Shown here: positions 38,729-50,775 of the stretch, one piece after another
Layout: each line of letters opens with the position of its first letter
How positions within the stretch are numbered: position 1 is the stretch's first letter
Made by a program: the position numbers and the translations under genes
The notes under the pieces: model-generated
Seen by the model: only the letters and a program-made list of their open reading frames with translations
Told to the model about the DNA's origin: nothing
Databases searched by the model: none
Assembly: GCA_965645245.1 (NCBI GenBank)
Contig: OZ287076.1
Location: forward strand, 930,001-994,000
Origin: Massalongia carnosa
Lineage: Eukaryota
Length of the DNA stretch: 64,000 nt
Direction of reading: 5' to 3'

Positions 38729-39803
38729 CTTACAGAAGGGTTTACTCTCTCAACATAGCAGGCAATGGATTAACAACAGTTTAGTATTATCGCGTCTAAT
38801 TTCGCCATGACATTTGCTAGTGTTCCTGCTTAGATCTATTTACTTACTAGTAATAGCATAAATCATTTAATCCTCCAGGCTAAGGTCCTAGTGTAGGCAG
38901 TCCAACTCCGTCCCCTAAACCAACCCCCTTAGATAAAATCACCGTATCTACAGAGTAGATAACATGTTATCCGCCGAATGAAGACAGGCTTGCATACAGC
39001 CTTGACGGCAGTCCAACAAAACCTCTCAAAACCTCCTGAATCAGTTTAGTTCACCTCCCTTCCGCTTTGCAGCCAAACCTAAATCACGCAGTCCGACCGC
39101 AAATGCGACCCTCCATCTAGTGCGACGTAGTTAACTAGCCCATGTGCTTGTGGAACACGTTCTGTAGGCATGCATACGGCCGTTTAAAGGACGTGATTGA
39201 AAACTCCTCGAGGCGGTTAGTATGGTGCAGATCGGCACGGGCGAGATTCCCGGGCGTTTGGATGGTTTGTCAGGAGGTGGGGTTCGCGCTATGAACGCTC
39301 CCTGGGTGATGCTGAATAGTTATAGTTGATGGAAGGAAGAGTGATGATCAGTTCGTTTACTTCGTACAGAGTTAGGTATGTGGGGATTGGAGGATTGGGG
39401 GATTTCACTTCTACCTTGTTGAATTTGTTTCTATTCGAATGTTTTGGATGCGATTTTGGAGGATGGAGGACTGGGATGTAATAGTGGCAAGAATGCGTCT
39501 AGTCCAGTAAGATTTTATATACAGATTATATGATAACGAAAATCGCTACTGGAAAGACTGTTTTTTTGCCTCCTGCATCTAGCCTTTTGCGCTGATAACT
39601 GAAGCTATAGCATATTCTCACCAGGTGCTCTAGGGCTCCGACGTCAGCGGCTACGAAGAACGGCATAGGTTAGGTAGATAACATTGAGCTTGTGAAAACA
39701 GTTCGGCATGTATGAATAAGGATTTACTCCTCACTTCCGACTGACCCTGCTAGCATGACTGAGCTTGTCTATTAATTTTCTATTGATAAATACATCACGA
39801 CCA

Positions 39804-40271
39804 CCAAGCTCGGATCTAAGACTTTGAAGCTATGGTGATTTCGACTTATATATCAATCCTGCCAGACCGTATTAGGATCCTGTCCAGCTCCATCAGGACA
39901 TTCATCAACATGAATAGTCTCCCCTTCTCTATCGGAACCCCTTATGTTTTGAATAGTTTGCTCATGTACAGTACCTCGTCCTTAGAATCTTCATTCTCGC
40001 CCAGCACATCTTCCAGCCTATTTTCTAGCCCTATGAAAGATATCTGTTTCTGGTAGCACAAAGCAGCAGGACTCCATTCATCAGCAATTACATCAACAGC
40101 AATTGTAAGGAGACGCTCTCTTGCCCAGTTCTCTGCTCCTGCTTTGCTTCGAGCAGCCTGGTCCGCCTTACTGGGGTGTTCCTCATGCACTTGCTTGACC
40201 TTCACGCTGAAATCCTCGAACTTCTTTTGAAACGCATCATAAGGAAGCAAGCTATTGTCGATAACCATCAA
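39804..40271 (-). pseudogene. Degenerate fragment of a BCS1-like AAA+ ATPase
   Basis: About 39930-39804 translates as EKGRLFMLMNVLMELDRILIRSGRIDI*VEITIASKS*I, resembling the BCS1 second region of homology (EGRILIMTTN..LDPALIRPGRVD). Stops and frameshifts present; the link to the adjacent ORF 39942-40271 is uncertain. Confidence 0.5.
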
Positions 40272-42207
40272 GTGGTATCAGAGTCATCCTGAATATCTAT
40301 GACTTCATAGATGCTTAATTTTCAAGGCTTTAAGCATTTCGACTAAGTTGTTATAAGCAAAAATTATTATGAAGATGTAGATAGACTTGCTAAATATTCC
40401 CTTGGAATCTCGAATATTTGTGAATGGATCAAAGGAAAGAGAGTCAATGGTCTGCATCGGAAGGGAGCGAAATAGGAAATGACCACTATTTAATCTCCTA
40501 GGCTTGACGGCCTTTTTTCAAGCTTCCGATTCCCCGTTGGATTATCTACTTAACTAATTCTTATCAAATGGCTGCACCGTATGAGGAAAACCCTGCATTA
40601 GGAGTATATCTGGGGGCGATACCAGTGCTGTTTTACAAACAAATCTAGGCAATCAGTATCCAGCTCTCTCGAGGAGCTCCAAATACCCTCCTCAAGGGAA
40701 ACAATACCGATCTAATTGAGGGTGCCAAGCCAGCCGCCGGGTAGGTTGAGAGGAGGAAATGTATATAGGGCATTTAGGTAACCATGCACCACCTACATAC
40801 ACACAGGCAAAGTTAATAACACAAAGCAGCGATATTTAGCAACATAAAGGCTAAAAATAACAGTACACCATCCTATGCCTAGAAACAACGGTGAATGAAA
40901 CTTTAGAAAGTTTCCGACATTTCTTCCAGCTTGTTTTCCCTCTCCCGGTTGAGTGTTTCCGCCTCCCGTTCAATCTCTTCTCAAGTGTCGTTGTCTAGCT
41001 TGTCCTTCGCATCCAGAAGTTCTTTGAATTCCGACCAACGGACATATATCTGCTCAGGAAGTCCGAGGTGAAGTCATTGGATACTTCAAAGATCAGTCGT
41101 ACCGTTGCAGACACCCAAATCTCTGAATTCTGACACTCTCGCACTAGGTACTTTATAACTCTTACCTTCTATTGTTGTCAAGTTGTTAGCTTGAAATTAG
41201 AAGAAAATATCTGGAGTTGTACCATTATACACGCAGACGACGTTGCAGCGCCATATTTGTGCTTTTCGTAAGTACTGTGTGGTCAGCACATTTGCCGATC
41301 TTGAGCATGCTTATGTGCGCTTACGAAAGACAGCTCATCTTGATAAGAAGTGTGGCTAGGCCAAGCCAGCGATGATGAGCCTGGGAAAGTAGGTCTTATG
41401 TAGTCTTGACCATCTATTCATAGACAACCTTGGAGGAACGAGGAGAAAATTTTAATCCTGTAGATGAGGCTGCAGGACACTGACAAGCTGAATTAAGCTG
41501 AAGCTGGTAGGAAGGCGGCGAGACAGAAGAGGTAAGATGAGAATGTATGCGCGGTGAGCAATGACCGGTCAAAACGGCGCGGAGACAAATCACGAAAGTT
41601 TGTACCCTCATAGGACAAAGGCAGAGCAGAAAATATAAGGCAAATGAAAATACCGTGAGCTATCTCTCATATAATGTCCTTCTCAACAGTTTGATCTATT
41701 AGCTCGGCTAGGTATATCCATCGAGTTGTGATAGTTAATAGGTTATTCTTTCGTTGGTTAATATTCCAGATCTGAAGAGAGGCTTCCTGTGCACAAATGC
41801 ACCGGATCAAGTAAAAAGAAGCCCCCGAACCGGCTCATAGACGGAGCAGAGAGGGTGTGTTAGGACTAATACAACCTGAAGCGCTATCTTCAACATCTGG
41901 GATTTATACTGGATAAACGTGGCAGAGTGGACAGACCGCCGTTGATCATATTTTCTTTGGGTCATTATAGGGCAGAGATCATCCCTCCACCTTCGATGGA
42001 AATAAGAGAGGTGGTGATAGTACATTAAAGAGATCAAAAGGCTTAGACTGGAGATTATGATAGGCAGAGATATGCAGAAGGGTGCTTCCACTAGCAAAGA
42101 TCCTTCTTGCCGATTGTGATTAGTGTTTTCCCGCGAGAAAACGCTAAGGATCGTTGTTTCTTAATAACATCTTACCCAGCCTTACTGGCGTTCTCTAACT
42201 TCTCCCT

Positions 42208-42815
42208 ATGGCTATCAGCCAAGAGAGGCTCGTCTCAGCACTGCATATTCTCTGTGCTGCATCAGCAAGTGATCTTGAAATAACTATTCTTACACATTAT
42301 AAAAATTTTCAAAAGCTTCAGAAGCTTCAGCAAATTTTTGCCACCATATCTCATCGACTCGCAAGTTTTCGAAAGATATCCCCTTTACTCCCTGTGGAAC
42401 AAGTCCCCAGAGTCTTCTCTCCTCCATCGCCTCTCTCGCCTCCTGTCGAAGACTCCGAAATCCCCACAGCCTCCTCTCCTCCATCGCCTCCCTCGCCCCC
42501 TGTTGAGCCGCCTTACCCCATCCCACCAGCTATATGGGGAACGACTAACAGTCATGAAAGCGGAGGATACTCTCAGATGTAAGCACGGGAAGGTGTACCT
42601 ACTGGGCCTATACAGTGTGGGTTAGTATGGACGTTGGTTTTACGAGCATGATTGCCTCATCAACAATTGGTTACGCAGCCGCAGACCTAGTACGTAGTAA
42701 TATGGACGTTGATTTTGCAAGCATGATGGCCTCAGCGAACGCGGGCTTTGGAGCTGTAGACTTAATACATGGCGATATAGACGTTGAATTCCTAGACATG
42801 TTTAATTGCGTCTAG
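42208..42815 (+). CDS. Orphan hypothetical protein with a duplicated Pro-rich segment and C-terminal 25-aa repeats (possible intron 42579-42625)
   Basis: ORFs 42208-42582 and 42615-42815 join in frame via a 47-nt GTAAGC..TTAG intron with a weak branch site. Internal 57-bp and 75-bp repeats preserve frame. Confidence 0.45.
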
Positions 42816-43336
42816 GGAAATTCGATCCGATGGTCAATAGCACATGTCTTGGACGACTGGTTACTTATCGACATCTTAGGGGCCTACGCACTGGCTGGAT
42901 GGAAGATTTGCCCTGATGAAACTTAGAGTCAAGCCACAAAACGAGTATTTCAAATGCATACTGCTTATCATCCATCTTCTAAATACTCTATTACGCCAAC
43001 GAAGCGCCTTCTGAACACATCATAAATCACCTTGTAAGATCTTGATGTTTAACCCCTGAAAAACCAAGGGTGATTTCTAAAGAAGTGTGTGTTGGCGTGC
43101 AAAAAGAATGGTCACGTGCCGTTTATCAACGTTCTCTTATGAAATAGTGAAAAGAAAAAAACCTCAAACAAAGGTAATATTTTGTGTGGATTATGGTTGA
43201 GTCTTTGAAATAATCATAATCATTCAGTCGAACCTAACATGTACTTATTGTTTTTTGATGTTCGAAAATCGGGGTAAAGCCAAGACTTTGATGTCGGCGT
43301 CACTCATTGATCTCCAAAACCCTGCCTAAGAACTCA

Positions 43337-45118
43337 ATGACCTCTTCCAAACAGGCATCCTCTTCTTCGATTTCCCATCTCGTTGGTGCCAACCGCCAGC
43401 CCTCCTTCCAGCACCGTCCCTTCCCCGACCCTAATCGCCTTGCCCCTGAAGACGCCATCTACACGCATCCCCTCCCACGCCGCCAACGGGACAATTTGGC
43501 TCATACTGCGAGTAGTAGTAGTAGATCCAGCGGAGCAACGATAACGGCTGCAGCTTCTGTTACTGAAAAATCTAATACGCGCGTTGGGGGCACTAGTGGG
43601 AGAAGGAGGTATGACAACGACCGCGGGCGGAGCGGGAGTCGTCGCCGAAATGGCGAGTGGAAGAAGCTGTTATGGGTAAAACAGTCTTGTATGTCTGCTT
43701 TCCTCTTTCTATCGCCCATAATCCCAGCTGCGTTCGCCCCCTTCTATCGAAAACAGCGCCTAAATCCTACCCACAGATCCAGACAACTACACCGACCCAC
43801 CAACTTTCCTCTCCCACCTGCAGCGCAATCCGCGCCTCCTCCCCTATGATTTTTGGCCCTTGGTTGCCGACTCCACCGCATTGGTGCAGCACATTTCTGC
43901 CGTCGCCATCTTCGTCTGCTGCTTCGTTGGCATTATCCAGGACCGCATCTCGCCCGTGGCGGTCGTGAGTTGGGGCAGCGCAGGGGCCGTGTTGGGGTGG
44001 GTGATGTGGGATTTTTGGGTGGGTAGAGAGGAGGCGGCAAAGATGCCTGCAGAGACGATTGCTATTGCTGGGAATGGGGGGGGAGGGGGTTTCAGCGGTG
44101 AGCCTGAGAGAGGACTTGTCGTTGGCTCTTCCCTAGGCCTCAATATTCCTAATTCATCTGCTCAGAGCAAAGAAGTTCAGGGACAAAATGTTGGCAGCAG
44201 GACGGCTCTCGACCCTCATTCGCGCTCGCATAGCCAAACGCCCATCCCTTCCTCGTCCACCCTTTCGCCCAATCTCCGCTCCCAATCAACCTCAGCGCCT
44301 GATTTCACGCCCAATCCTCCCGCCTCCAGCAATAAAAATAGCCTACCACCTACGTACTACCCCCAAAACTCCAACCTCTCCCCGCGTAACCAGCAACGGC
44401 TTGCGACCGCCAAATCGGCCGTCCTGATATATTGCGCCCTCCTCGGCCTGAGCCCTATTCTCAAATCTCTCACCAAATCCATCAGCAGCGATTCTATCTG
44501 GGCAATGAGCTGCTGGTTGATGTGTATCAACATCTTTTTCTTCGACTACGGTGGAGGTGTTGGCGTGAAGTAACCTCCCTCACCTCCTTCTCTCTCGTTT
44601 TAATTTACGCATATTACGTCCTCCTATGAAAACCTTTTATCTCCACGTAGCTAATAGAATTGGTCTGGTCTCACAGATTTCCCGCCTCCCTCTCTACCAA
44701 CGCGGCCCTCATGGCCTCCACCGTGCTCGCCTCCCGCCTCCCCAGCACCACGCATGTCTTCTCCCTCACGCTCTTCAGCATTGAAGTCTTCGGCCTCTTC
44801 CCCGTCTTCCGCCGCCATCTCCGCCACATCTCCTGGCGCGGCCATCTGCTGCTGACCTTTGTGCTCGTGGCTGGCGCCGGCGCCGGCATGGGCGTTGCCC
44901 TAGCCGGGGGGGGCAAGGGGCGCGGCAGCGGGAGCGGGGGCGACGGGGGCTGGTGGAAACCGATGATAGGCGGGGTAGCGCTTTGGGGCGGAGGGGTCGC
45001 GGTCGGCATGGGCGGGTGTAGCTGGTGGCTGATTGGCCTGCAGAAATACAAGAATGTGGTGATCGGACCCTGGGATCCGGCTAGGCCGGTCATCAAGCGG
45101 GGAGGGGAGTGGGAGTGA
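43337..45118 (+). CDS. GPI2: GPI-GlcNAc transferase subunit PIG-C/Gpi2; introns 43689-43776 and 44570-44676
   Basis: WKKLLWVKQS|YPDNYTD..FLSHLQRNP, LLGLSPILKSLTKSISSDSIWA, SLSTNAALMASTVLASRL, LQKYKNVVIGPWDPARP. Confidence 0.95.
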
Positions 45119-46009
45119 GGTGCGGGGAGCCGGGCTTCTTGATGGAACGAGGATATATCCAATCCGGAAAAGAAACAAAATACCTTCAGAGCCAAGCCAT
45201 TGAACCACCTCATATGAACCAGCGGTGGTATGCCAGGCATCGTTTTCGGGAAACGGCCGAAAAAACCACTAACTGCGGCAGACATGCATGCCTATCTCAA
45301 TCATGGATGCGGACGCAGTCCACGTCCTCGGTGCTCAGGACGGTTCCCGCGGCAGCTGTCGTTCATCCCGCTTGCATGGCCCCGAAAGCGCCAAGGGGGC
45401 AAAACATAACCCTCCACCTCCTTTTCCTATCTTTCTTTTGACCTTTACCCAAACCCCGCCCTTTTTTTTTTCTTTCGCGCGCCCGTCATCTCTCTACCTT
45501 TCCCCCCACTTCCCGCCTAACTTCTCCCTTTATGTTTCTGCTTAAAAGCGCGGGAACTCCCGGTAGCGCGAGAGAGCGAAAGATAGGGAGGTAAGTAGCT
45601 GGGCTTGAGAGCTGGTTAAGAGGTGGGAAAAGGGTGGTGGAAGGAAACGTTTTGGGGGTGATTGGAGAGAGGATGAGGGGGAGGGGGGTTTGTTGTGCAG
45701 TATCGAAAAACTGGAAGGAGGAGGCTACGAGAGTGTGGATTCGGGGTTTAGGGGATGGAATGAAGATGCTGATAGGATGGCTATGTGAGGCTGCAATGTT
45801 GTTTCCTTTCAATGTTTATGGATCAGGTAGCGGCTGTACCATGACTACGTGCTGGGAGGCGTGTGTATTCTCTATAGCGTCGAACTGAAATAACTGCATG
45901 TATCAAACTTCTGGATCAAGCTGGCAGGAGACTTGGAAGCTCAATAATATCCACAGACTCCTTCCTATGAGAGGTAGGTATTGCTGGATTGAATTTAACG
46001 TTGCCCTCA

Positions 46010-47936
46010 CTACAGAGCTGTCTCGGTTTCCAGCATTGTAATTCCATATTCATCCTTCAGAACCTTCCGCAATGGAGCCGCAAGCTTCTCGGTGACGGGG
46101 GCAAGCATGCCGGTCTCCGTTATCTCACCCTTCAGAATTGCAAGGCAACCTACCGCCGCCGGCGTACCAACCAATTTTGCCATGCTGCTATAGCCGCCTT
46201 CCTCGGAGTCGCCGTAATCCACAAGCGTTGCGTTGAGGACGGACTTGCTACCATCCTTTTTCGTAACGTGGAAGGTATGTTGCAAGTACACCAAATCTCG
46301 GTCACCCTTTTTGTATGCACATTTTTGCTCTAGTAGCGCACACAAGGTATAGAATGGCGATGCCTCTGACTGCGGGGTGATCGGTTCTTGTGAAAAGAGC
46401 CCCAGCCCGCGGAGAGCCTTGAGAACCCTAGTTTCTTGCTGCGAATCCGAGAAACGGGTTTTCGAGACTACTGCGCTGGCAATTTCAGACTCTGCTGCAG
46501 ATGCTGCACCAACAATTTTGGCTGTGGCTTCTGCAAAAGATATAGGTTTCGTGAGAAACTCTAGCTGGTCCATTGAAAGGTAACCCAACTGAATCAGACA
46601 GCTGCAAAGTTCTGCAGTTCCCTCGTATCTCAGTGAACCACGAACGATGGTCGTAGCTTTTTCGAGGCCTGGATAGCGCTCGCGATAAGGCAAAGAGTCA
46701 CCTGACCAAACACATAAGTTTCTGGGTTAGGACCGTTCGTAGACCTTACAAACCGTTTGCAAAGCATTCGAAAGCGTAACTTTGAAATGTCAATTTACAG
46801 ATGAAACTGGCTGTAGAATATCTTTACCCTTTGTATGGAGTATCATATCGCTCCGCAGATGACATAAGATCCACCCCTGATAGGTGTAATTCCTTACCAT
46901 TCTTCGAATATTTTGCAACTCGTCCTAGTGCTCGTAGCACACCAGCCGGAGACCTAGTTCGTGTTAAGAAGGGCCATTAGTTTGGATAAGTGTATTCACC
47001 AGGAGAACCGGTAACCAAGTGGGCTAAAAAGCTATCTCAGCATCCGAAAACATCATTCGTAGATCAGAAAACCTACTTATTACTGCATTCTGGCGCCGGA
47101 AGCTTGCGAGAAATTAGCGTAGGACAGTGGCTCGTTGCAGTTCTTTCTCACTCCTCCACAATAACTTCTGCCAGATCGTTAGCTTTCCCGGCATGACCCG
47201 CTAGACTTGTGGCCATATACAAGAATTCTGTGCAAGTATGGCCTTCCTTAACAATATCCTCCAAACACTTGACAGCGCTACGCAAGCTGTAAACCATACA
47301 AAACTCATTTCGGCTTCAACCAACTTACTAAAGATGGTCCAAGCCCGGATCCAGGCCAACGTGGCCGTTAGCCAGGAGGCAACGCTGCAGCACAATCACT
47401 ACGTACCAATCTCATTTAGGACAGGAATTCCCGCAGCTTTGCATCTCTCATGAGAAGACTGCATCTCGGGTGAGATGTAACTCGTCGTCAAAGCCGGGAC
47501 CTTGTATGCGATGGCAGCTTCGATCACGCAGGGGTCTTGATGGATGATCAGATCCATGAGTAATTAAGCACTGTAGCAACTTACGGTCCGGTGGTGGCAC
47601 AAGGCTAGGATGTTGTTAGCTTTTATTCCACCAGCTCAACAGTTGGAGAGTACCTGACAATGAGATCTACATTTTTAATGGCTTTCTCCAGCTGCTCCTT
47701 ATTCTTAACATCCAAGGCAATAGCCAAAGCACCCGCTCCCACTTGCTTAGCTAGTCGTTGTGCAGACTCAATGTTGCGGCAGCCATATATCACTTTTACC
47801 CCATGTCGAACTAAAATATCTCCTACGGGACGAGAGACGTATCCAGCTCCTGCAATTAAAACAGTTCTGTTTGCGTCAATTGATAGATATCTCAGGATAC
47901 CAAGAGCAAATACTTCGAATTGAGATTTGAAGCCAT
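46010..47936 (-). CDS. Divergent saccharopine dehydrogenase (glutamate-forming, Lys9-like) homolog, 12 exons; one intron has a TG acceptor (possible pseudogene)
   Basis: Manual splicing gives [101 protein letters not shown]. Confidence 0.85.
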
Positions 47937-48270
47937 GTTCCCCGCCTCGTATCACCTCTATTTCAATGTTTGACGTCTTGCACGACGTTGGAAAAGTGTT
48001 GAAATTGGTTAGAATTTACGGGGATTGTGGGATGCTATGTAGCACGCCAAGCCTAATCAGGTAAGAGCTGATCCCTCCCGAAAATACGCAGAGAGGACTT
48101 TTGGCATAGCACATAAGGAAACGAATGCCCAGAAATTGTCTTGGGCGCTGACGGTATGTTTTTCTATATGGTGCGATAAAGTCGACAGCAAAGATGGAAG
48201 AGATACCCCACATCATCAATACTCAACGAGGAGATCCCCCAAATGTCTCCCTCTACTCTCCAGGCCGATT

Positions 48271-50775
48271 TCACTTCTGTCCTTTACAGATCTCAGCGCA
48301 GAAATCGCGGAATTCCCCCTTCGTTCCCTCATCGATGTCGTGCTCTAGCTTTGCACCATACTTCTTCTGATACTCCGCCTTGATCTTTTCAAAATGGCGA
48401 GGCTCCCAGTGGAAGCGAACTAAGCGGCTAACGAGTAGCTCGGTGCGATCCTTCGAGGTCTCGGCCAGCGCTTGATGCAGGAGAAGTGCGTCTCGGACGG
48501 AGCGGTTGAGTACGCCGTTGAGGATATGCGCAAGTGTTTCGCCCTGTTTCGGTTAGGGGGAGAGTGAAGTTAGGGAAAGAAAAATATTGCGGAGAAGGAA
48601 ATTGAAAGGGATGCGTGATGCGGGGTGCTGGGCAAAAATGGGAGGTTTACTTACGACCAGATTGCGAGATTTCTGGATCATTTCCCGTGCGAAGTTCTTG
48701 CGATACTGACCCTCGAACACGCGTAGCACTTCCCTCAGATGATTGTCGCTTCGGACAACAATGATGTTGATCATGGCTGATTCGCCACCTTCTTTTGCCG
48801 TCAACGCTCGATAGAGGTCCTGTGCATCCTTGCGCACAAGGTCTATAGAAAGCTTGTCGGTCTCCGACATACGTCTCTCCTCTAAGGCTAGCAGGATGGC
48901 ATTGCGGAACTTGTCCTTTTTCAGCTCCGTCTGCATGCACTTCTCCAGGCTATCGTTGTAGCGTTTGTCGCTGAAGGCGTCCTTGATCTTCGCAATCTCG
49001 CCATTGGTACGCCCCATGAGGCTTTCGATCAGGAGTTCTCGCCGTGACGTATTCGATTGGTACCAGAAGTTCGCCCAGTGCGCCTCACTCTCCCATCTTC
49101 CCAAAGCGACGGCATAGGCGATCTTGCCAAAATTTCCAGGGACTTTCATCTTGATGTGTTTTGCAACATTGATGCTCTTTCCGCTGACTTTGACGTACTT
49201 CTTATATTCCTTCCTCAAATCCAAGACCTGATCCTCAGAAAGCCTAGGCAAAATTCTGAGAATGGGGCCGGAATCAGGCTTTGAGTGTTTCAGAGCGCCT
49301 GCGAGAGCAAGGGCGTCATCTTCAGGATCGTAGAATGCAACTCGTTTCTTGAGAACAGACTTCTGCAAACGATCTCCACGAGAATCATCAGACGAATATC
49401 GAGGGGAAAGATTATCGATGTCGGAGAGATTATCATCCAATGTGGAAGGAAGCATAAGAGGTGAGGGCATGGGTGATATTGATTGGTAAGTGCCATGATA
49501 GGCTTCAAGAAGCGGACTTCCCGGTGGCAGTCCACCCTGCATATGCCCATGTGCTTGGGTGGGTGCTCCAAGGGAAAGCCCGCCAGAAACTCCGCCAGAA
49601 ACTCCGCCAGAAACGGAAAGACGGTGCAGTTTGGATCCGAGACCCTCGGCGGGATTTACTTGTAATGTGCTTGTATGTGGCTTCACCGTTGTAAACTGAG
49701 GTTGAGCGCTCTGAGTGTAGGACGGCTTCCTTGGCTCAGCCTTTGAGGCGTACGCAATCTGCTGAGTTGGAATCGCATATTGATAATGATCCGCTGAAGT
49801 GAATGATCCAGAGGGGTTTATATGATTCTCAGGCCTATGGTGGGGTTGGACGTACTGAGGCAACAGAGGCTGACTTGTATGCTGGGGGGATGTTGTATGG
49901 CCGTATTGCGGCTGGGGATGGTGACCCCCTCCAATGTTAACATTGAAATTGCCTGAGGTGCTCGTCGACAAATGACGAGCATTTTCCGGTGCCGACGTAA
50001 CTGAAGCGTGGTGATTCCAGTCTTGGCTCTCAGAGGGATGATCATACTCCCATTTGTATTGTCCTGGCAGCGTCGTCCTTGGGGACCTATGCTCAGGACT
50101 TTCGTTGCTATAGCTCATATGTCGCGTGTAGTCCGAGGGTTTTCCATGTTCGTAACGGTCTGGAGATGCATAGCTCGGATGATGTTCATCCCGCCGCTCA
50201 CGCTCAAACTGAGGCTTTGAGGATTGTACATATTCGCTTTTGCGAGCCAAAGCCATCGAGTGAGCATCGGGAGGTGAGACACGTCGGGGCTTTGGTTCTG
50301 CAACTTCATGTTTAGGCTTCGTAGATCTGGTCCTAGGCTGTCGACGATCCCCGCCGCAATCGCTTTCGCTTTGGAAGCTGTCATTATCATAGTACTTTGT
50401 AGAAGCGCTCTTTTTCCGTAGCCTTGAGTCGGAGTCGCTACTCATGTCATCATAGTATTTCTTGGAAGGTTTTTTAGACCTGGTATCCGAGTCGCTCCCG
50501 TCGTCATCATAGTATTTCTTAGATGGTTTCTTCGACCGAGCACCCGAATTACCCTCTTCGTCATCGTAGTACTTTTTGGAAGGTCTCCAAGACCTCGGGT
50601 CGTCGTCACTATCGTGGTCACTGTAGTACTTCTTAGAAGACTTCCTAGGAGGTTCTTTGGATGGCTTTTTAGGTCTAATTTCCGGAGGTGAGGGCGCACG
50701 ATAATCTCGAGATCTTGAGCGTTCTCGCCCAGGAGATTTTCCCCGCGAACGAGGGTCATTGACTGATAAGGACAT
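48271..50775 (-). CDS. Fungal annexin (ANXC4 type) with long low-complexity N-terminus; intron 48654-48544
   Basis: PPGSPLLEAYHGTYQSISPMPSP, FYDPEDDA, ALGRWESEAHWANFWYQ, RRELLIESLMGRTN, GGESAMINIIV, GETLAHILNG, ELLVSRLVRFHW; stop at 48273-48271. Confidence 0.9.

Noticed and set aside
44671..45285. 204-aa Pro-rich antisense ORF over GPI2 exon 3
   Set aside because: GC-rich shadow frame.
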